In this document: positions 61,414 to 64,000 of the stretch, one piece after another
Position numbering within the stretch: position 1 is the first letter of the stretch
Layout: each line of letters opens with the position of its first letter
Assembly (NCBI GenBank): GCA_963555755.3
Contig: OY820905.2
Coordinates: 2,304,001-2,368,000, forward strand
Reading direction: 5' to 3'
Source of the DNA: Nitrospirales bacterium
GTDB lineage: Bacteria; Nitrospirota; Nitrospiria; Nitrospirales; UBA8639
Length of the DNA stretch: 64,000 bases
Program-made: the position numbers and the translations under genes
The notes under the pieces: generated by a model
Database searches by the model: none
What the model saw: only the letters and a program-made list of their open reading frames with translations
What the model was told of the DNA's origin: nothing

Positions 61414-62226
61414 TCACGTTTGACCCGAAAGAGGGAGCCTTCCACAAAGTTTTAGCAAGGCAAGTATCGTGATGGGAATATAAATCAAACACCCGGTAAT
61501 GCCCATCAACAGCTCACCAATCCAAAACGTGACCCCAAGATTAAACAGGAGCACTGTATAGTACAAACCACAGCCAAGTAGTATTTCCTGCACAGGAATG
61601 GTTTGAGGAAGTTTCGGCAAGATCCCGGGTCGTTGATCCACAACACGATACCCGATCATGGCCAGAAGACCCACAATAAACCACCCCATAAAATTCGCAA
61701 GCGGCACGCCAAAATACACTCCGGGATCAGGGTAGCCATAAATTTGCCCTAAAAACCATCGCCCCCCTTGAAGAGCCACCGGATCAATCACGATGTCAAT
61801 ACACATAAACAGCAAACAGGTCAGGCCAATCACCGGCCAGGAAAGAATGTCCTTCAAAAGGAAGTGTCGCCCCAATGGGTTTGAAGATATTTGAAATGAC
61901 AAGACAAACAACAGGGCCAGGCAATAGCTCGCATACAATAAAAATGTAAACGACAACGAATCCATGAACGGGATGTTGAAAATATACAATTCTTCACCCA
62001 CGGTAGATCCGGTGTAAAAATAATCGCCAAACGGAATCCCTATTCGAGTCGATAAAAACTCACACACAAAAGCCGTGGCCCAGGTAATCCCAAACATCAC
62101 CCCAGTGCGCTTCCATCCCAAAAACCGCGACGCCGCAACCAACGACACCGCCAAAAAGAAAAACACATACGGCCGAAGAAGAACCGTATTTAGAAAAAGA
62201 ATAGGAATATCCACAGGCAAGTTCAT
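61414..62226 (-). CDS. DUF422 / CruF-like membrane protein
   Basis: GIPFGDYFY, IDIVIDPVA, YFGVPLANFMGW. Confidence 0.8.
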   Translation of the reverse strand: MNLPVDIPILFLNTVLLRPYVFFFLAVSLVAASRFLGWKRTGVMFGITWATAFVCEFLSTRIGIPFGDYFYTGSTVGEELYIFNIPFMDSLSFTFLLYASYCLALLFVLSFQISSNPLGRHFLLKDILSWPVIGLTCLLFMCIDIVIDPVALQGGRWFLGQIYGYPDPGVYFGVPLANFMGWFIVGLLAMIGYRVVDQRPGILPKLPQTIPVQEILLGCGLYYTVLLFNLGVTFWIGELLMGITGCLIYIPITILALLKLCGRLPLSGQT

Positions 62227-62253
62227 TTATTTGTGAAGGATGAAAGAAAAATC

Positions 62254-62336
62254 GTGATGCGTGAAGCGTAATGAGTCATGCGTAAAAAAAATGAGTGTTT
62301 CCCAATTTAACGCTTCACGTCTCACGCTTCACACGT
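62254..62336. repeat. heptamer-based inverted tandem repeat
   Basis: cgtgatg cgtgaag cgtaatg ... tcacgtc tcacgct; related to 21449-21524. Confidence 0.7.
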
Positions 62337-63315
62337 AACCATGATCCCGAAACCACCGCACGGCCTTTTCCAACGCCACCTCCACTGGAGTCTGCGGCAA
62401 GCCCAGCTCTCGAATCGCTTTCGAGCAATCATAATGCATCAGGTACTTCGCCATCCGCACGCCTTCAAGTGGAATACGCGGGGTTTGATGCGTGAGATAA
62501 TCCGAAATCCATGTATTGACATGCGCCAACGGCAATACAAGCCCATGTGGCAACTTCCACTTCGGAGCCTTGACCCCGGTCAATCCACTTAGAATCTCAA
62601 ACACTTCTTTCAACATCAGATTGCGACAACCTAAAATATACCGCTCACCAACTTTTCCCCGTTCCATGGCTTGCAAATGTCCAACCGCCACATCCTCGAC
62701 GTCAATCAAGTTCATGCCGGTTTCAATATACGCAGCCATCCGACCCTTCATAAAATCAACCAGGATTTGACCGGTTGGCGTCGGCTTCACATCACACACC
62801 CCCACCGGAGCCGAAGGGTTCACAATCACAACAGGCAGCCCCGCCTTCGCCATTTTCATGACTTCTTGCTCAGCCAAAAACTTCGACCGTTTATAATCCC
62901 CCGCCATTTGCTCAAGAGTAATCGCCGTTTCTTCCGTGCCAACTCCCCCACCTTCCGGCAATCCTATGGCCCCAATCGTACTCGTATAGACAATGCGCTC
63001 GATCCCGACATCCTTGGCCGCTTCCAATAACGCCTTCGTCCCATCCACATTTACCCTGTAAAACACCGAGGGATCACGAGCCCACAACGCATAATGCGCC
63101 GCCACATGAAACAACTGTTGGCAGCCAGTCAAAGCCGATCGTAGCGATGCCGCATCGCATAAATCCCCCGGCATGGTTTCTATCGACAGACCATCAAGTG
63201 CCCGAAGATCTGTCCCAGGCCGGACCAGGGTGCGTACTTCGATCCCCGCGGCAAGCAACGCACGAGCTACCGCCGACCCAATAAATCCTGTCGCCCCTGT
63301 GACTAAGGCCTTCAT
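62329..63315 (-). CDS. hpnA: hopanoid-associated sugar epimerase / NAD-dependent epimerase
   Basis: LVTGATGFIG, HVAAHYALW, YTST, YKRSK, DVKPTPTG. Confidence 0.85.
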   Translation of the reverse strand: MKALVTGATGFIGSAVARALLAAGIEVRTLVRPGTDLRALDGLSIETMPGDLCDAASLRSALTGCQQLFHVAAHYALWARDPSVFYRVNVDGTKALLEAAKDVGIERIVYTSTIGAIGLPEGGGVGTEETAITLEQMAGDYKRSKFLAEQEVMKMAKAGLPVVIVNPSAPVGVCDVKPTPTGQILVDFMKGRMAAYIETGMNLIDVEDVAVGHLQAMERGKVGERYILGCRNLMLKEVFEILSGLTGVKAPKWKLPHGLVLPLAHVNTWISDYLTHQTPRIPLEGVRMAKYLMHYDCSKAIRELGLPQTPVEVALEKAVRWFRDHGYV

Positions 63316-63514
63316 AGGTCAGACTGTATAAAAATGTGAGCAGGAAGAAAAGGGGGGATACGATTTTCCGGGTCTGCTTGGTACAAAACAGGAACCCAAA
63401 GCCGTGGAGTGATGCCGAGGCCTTTTCAGTTATACAAATTCAAGAAGGCTGAATCGAGAAGTGGGGTAGGAATTGTTTGATCGCAGGTCTTAGAGAAAAC
63501 TATACATTTTTCAC

Positions 63515-64000
63515 TCACACCCTCATGGCTTCTACCTGCGCCTGAATGGTCTCCCGACTTTCCAATAAAAGATTCATATCGTCTTCCAGGATACCAAGAT
63601 CCTGTACAACAGGGAGCACCCGAAGGGCATCATCTTCAATGGTCTCTAAACCCAGAAAGCGCGAAGCCAAATGTTTGGCAAGACAGGTGATGACGGCTCC
63701 CTTTGTGGGTGATGTTGCGAGATGGTACGCATGATCTTCATGAAGGTTAATCGCTTCCTTGACAGGGCCTGGGAGGTCCCACGCCTCTCCCAGATGCCAA
63801 CCTACTTCAATATACGCTTCTTTCATCAAGATGATCATGGCTTTCCATGGGAGCGGAGGATCAGAAATCTTTCTAAATTGATTCACCGTATGAACAACAA
63901 ACGGCTTGCCGATCCCATGCAATAACCCACAGAGAAAAGCCATATCCTGATCTTGCCCAATTTTGCTCGCAATGGCCTTCCCATAGAATCCTGTAGCCAG
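63515..64000 (-). CDS. HDOD-domain protein, 5' end outside window
   Basis: AFLCGLLHGIGK, VG..L.EAWDLP..V.EAI..H. Confidence 0.8.
   Translation of the reverse strand: MATGFYGKAIASKIGQDQDMAFLCGLLHGIGKPFVVHTVNQFRKISDPPLPWKAMIILMKEAYIEVGWHLGEAWDLPGPVKEAINLHEDHAYHLATSPTKGAVITCLAKHLASRFLGLETIEDDALRVLPVVQDLGILEDDMNLLLESRETIQAQVEAMRV

Overview
Bacterial chromosomal window, most likely Nitrospirota/Nitrospirales. This is inferred from the gene complement and the dispersed palindromic repeat families, not verified. The housekeeping backbone contains dapL-folK-panC, uvrC, a glyoxalase, FadL plus a sensor kinase, aroE-aroK, glk, rpiA, a DegP/Q protease, tRNA-Glu(CTC), deoxyhypusine-synthase-like and pyruvoyl arginine decarboxylase genes, xth, anmK, bolA-grxD and hpnA. 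It is densely interrupted by IS elements (IS30, four IS1595-family copies or fragments, an IS6 fragment, IS256, IS630, two IS110, IS1634, and an IS66-type element carrying a DUF4338 gene) and by at least six MITE-like repeat families. An IS-bounded island (about 3.3-18.2 kb) carries a decaying four-gene operon of secreted TPR/DUF1598-like proteins. Main observations: (1) transposases of several unrelated IS families are degraded almost entirely by A:T->C:G transversions, suggesting a possible transposon-directed hypermutation process; (2) an IS66-type element carries a coupled DUF4338 (Mom/GNAT-like, DruA-like) gene, a candidate adenine-modifying enzyme; (3) both IS110 copies sit at the same site of one MITE family, and IS630, IS66 and a 1.35-kb foreign fragment also sit inside MITEs; (4) an unannotated 30-aa histone-like peptide faces a six-hairpin structured leader with a 13-aa ORF. 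Protein family calls come from motif recognition only; no searches were run.
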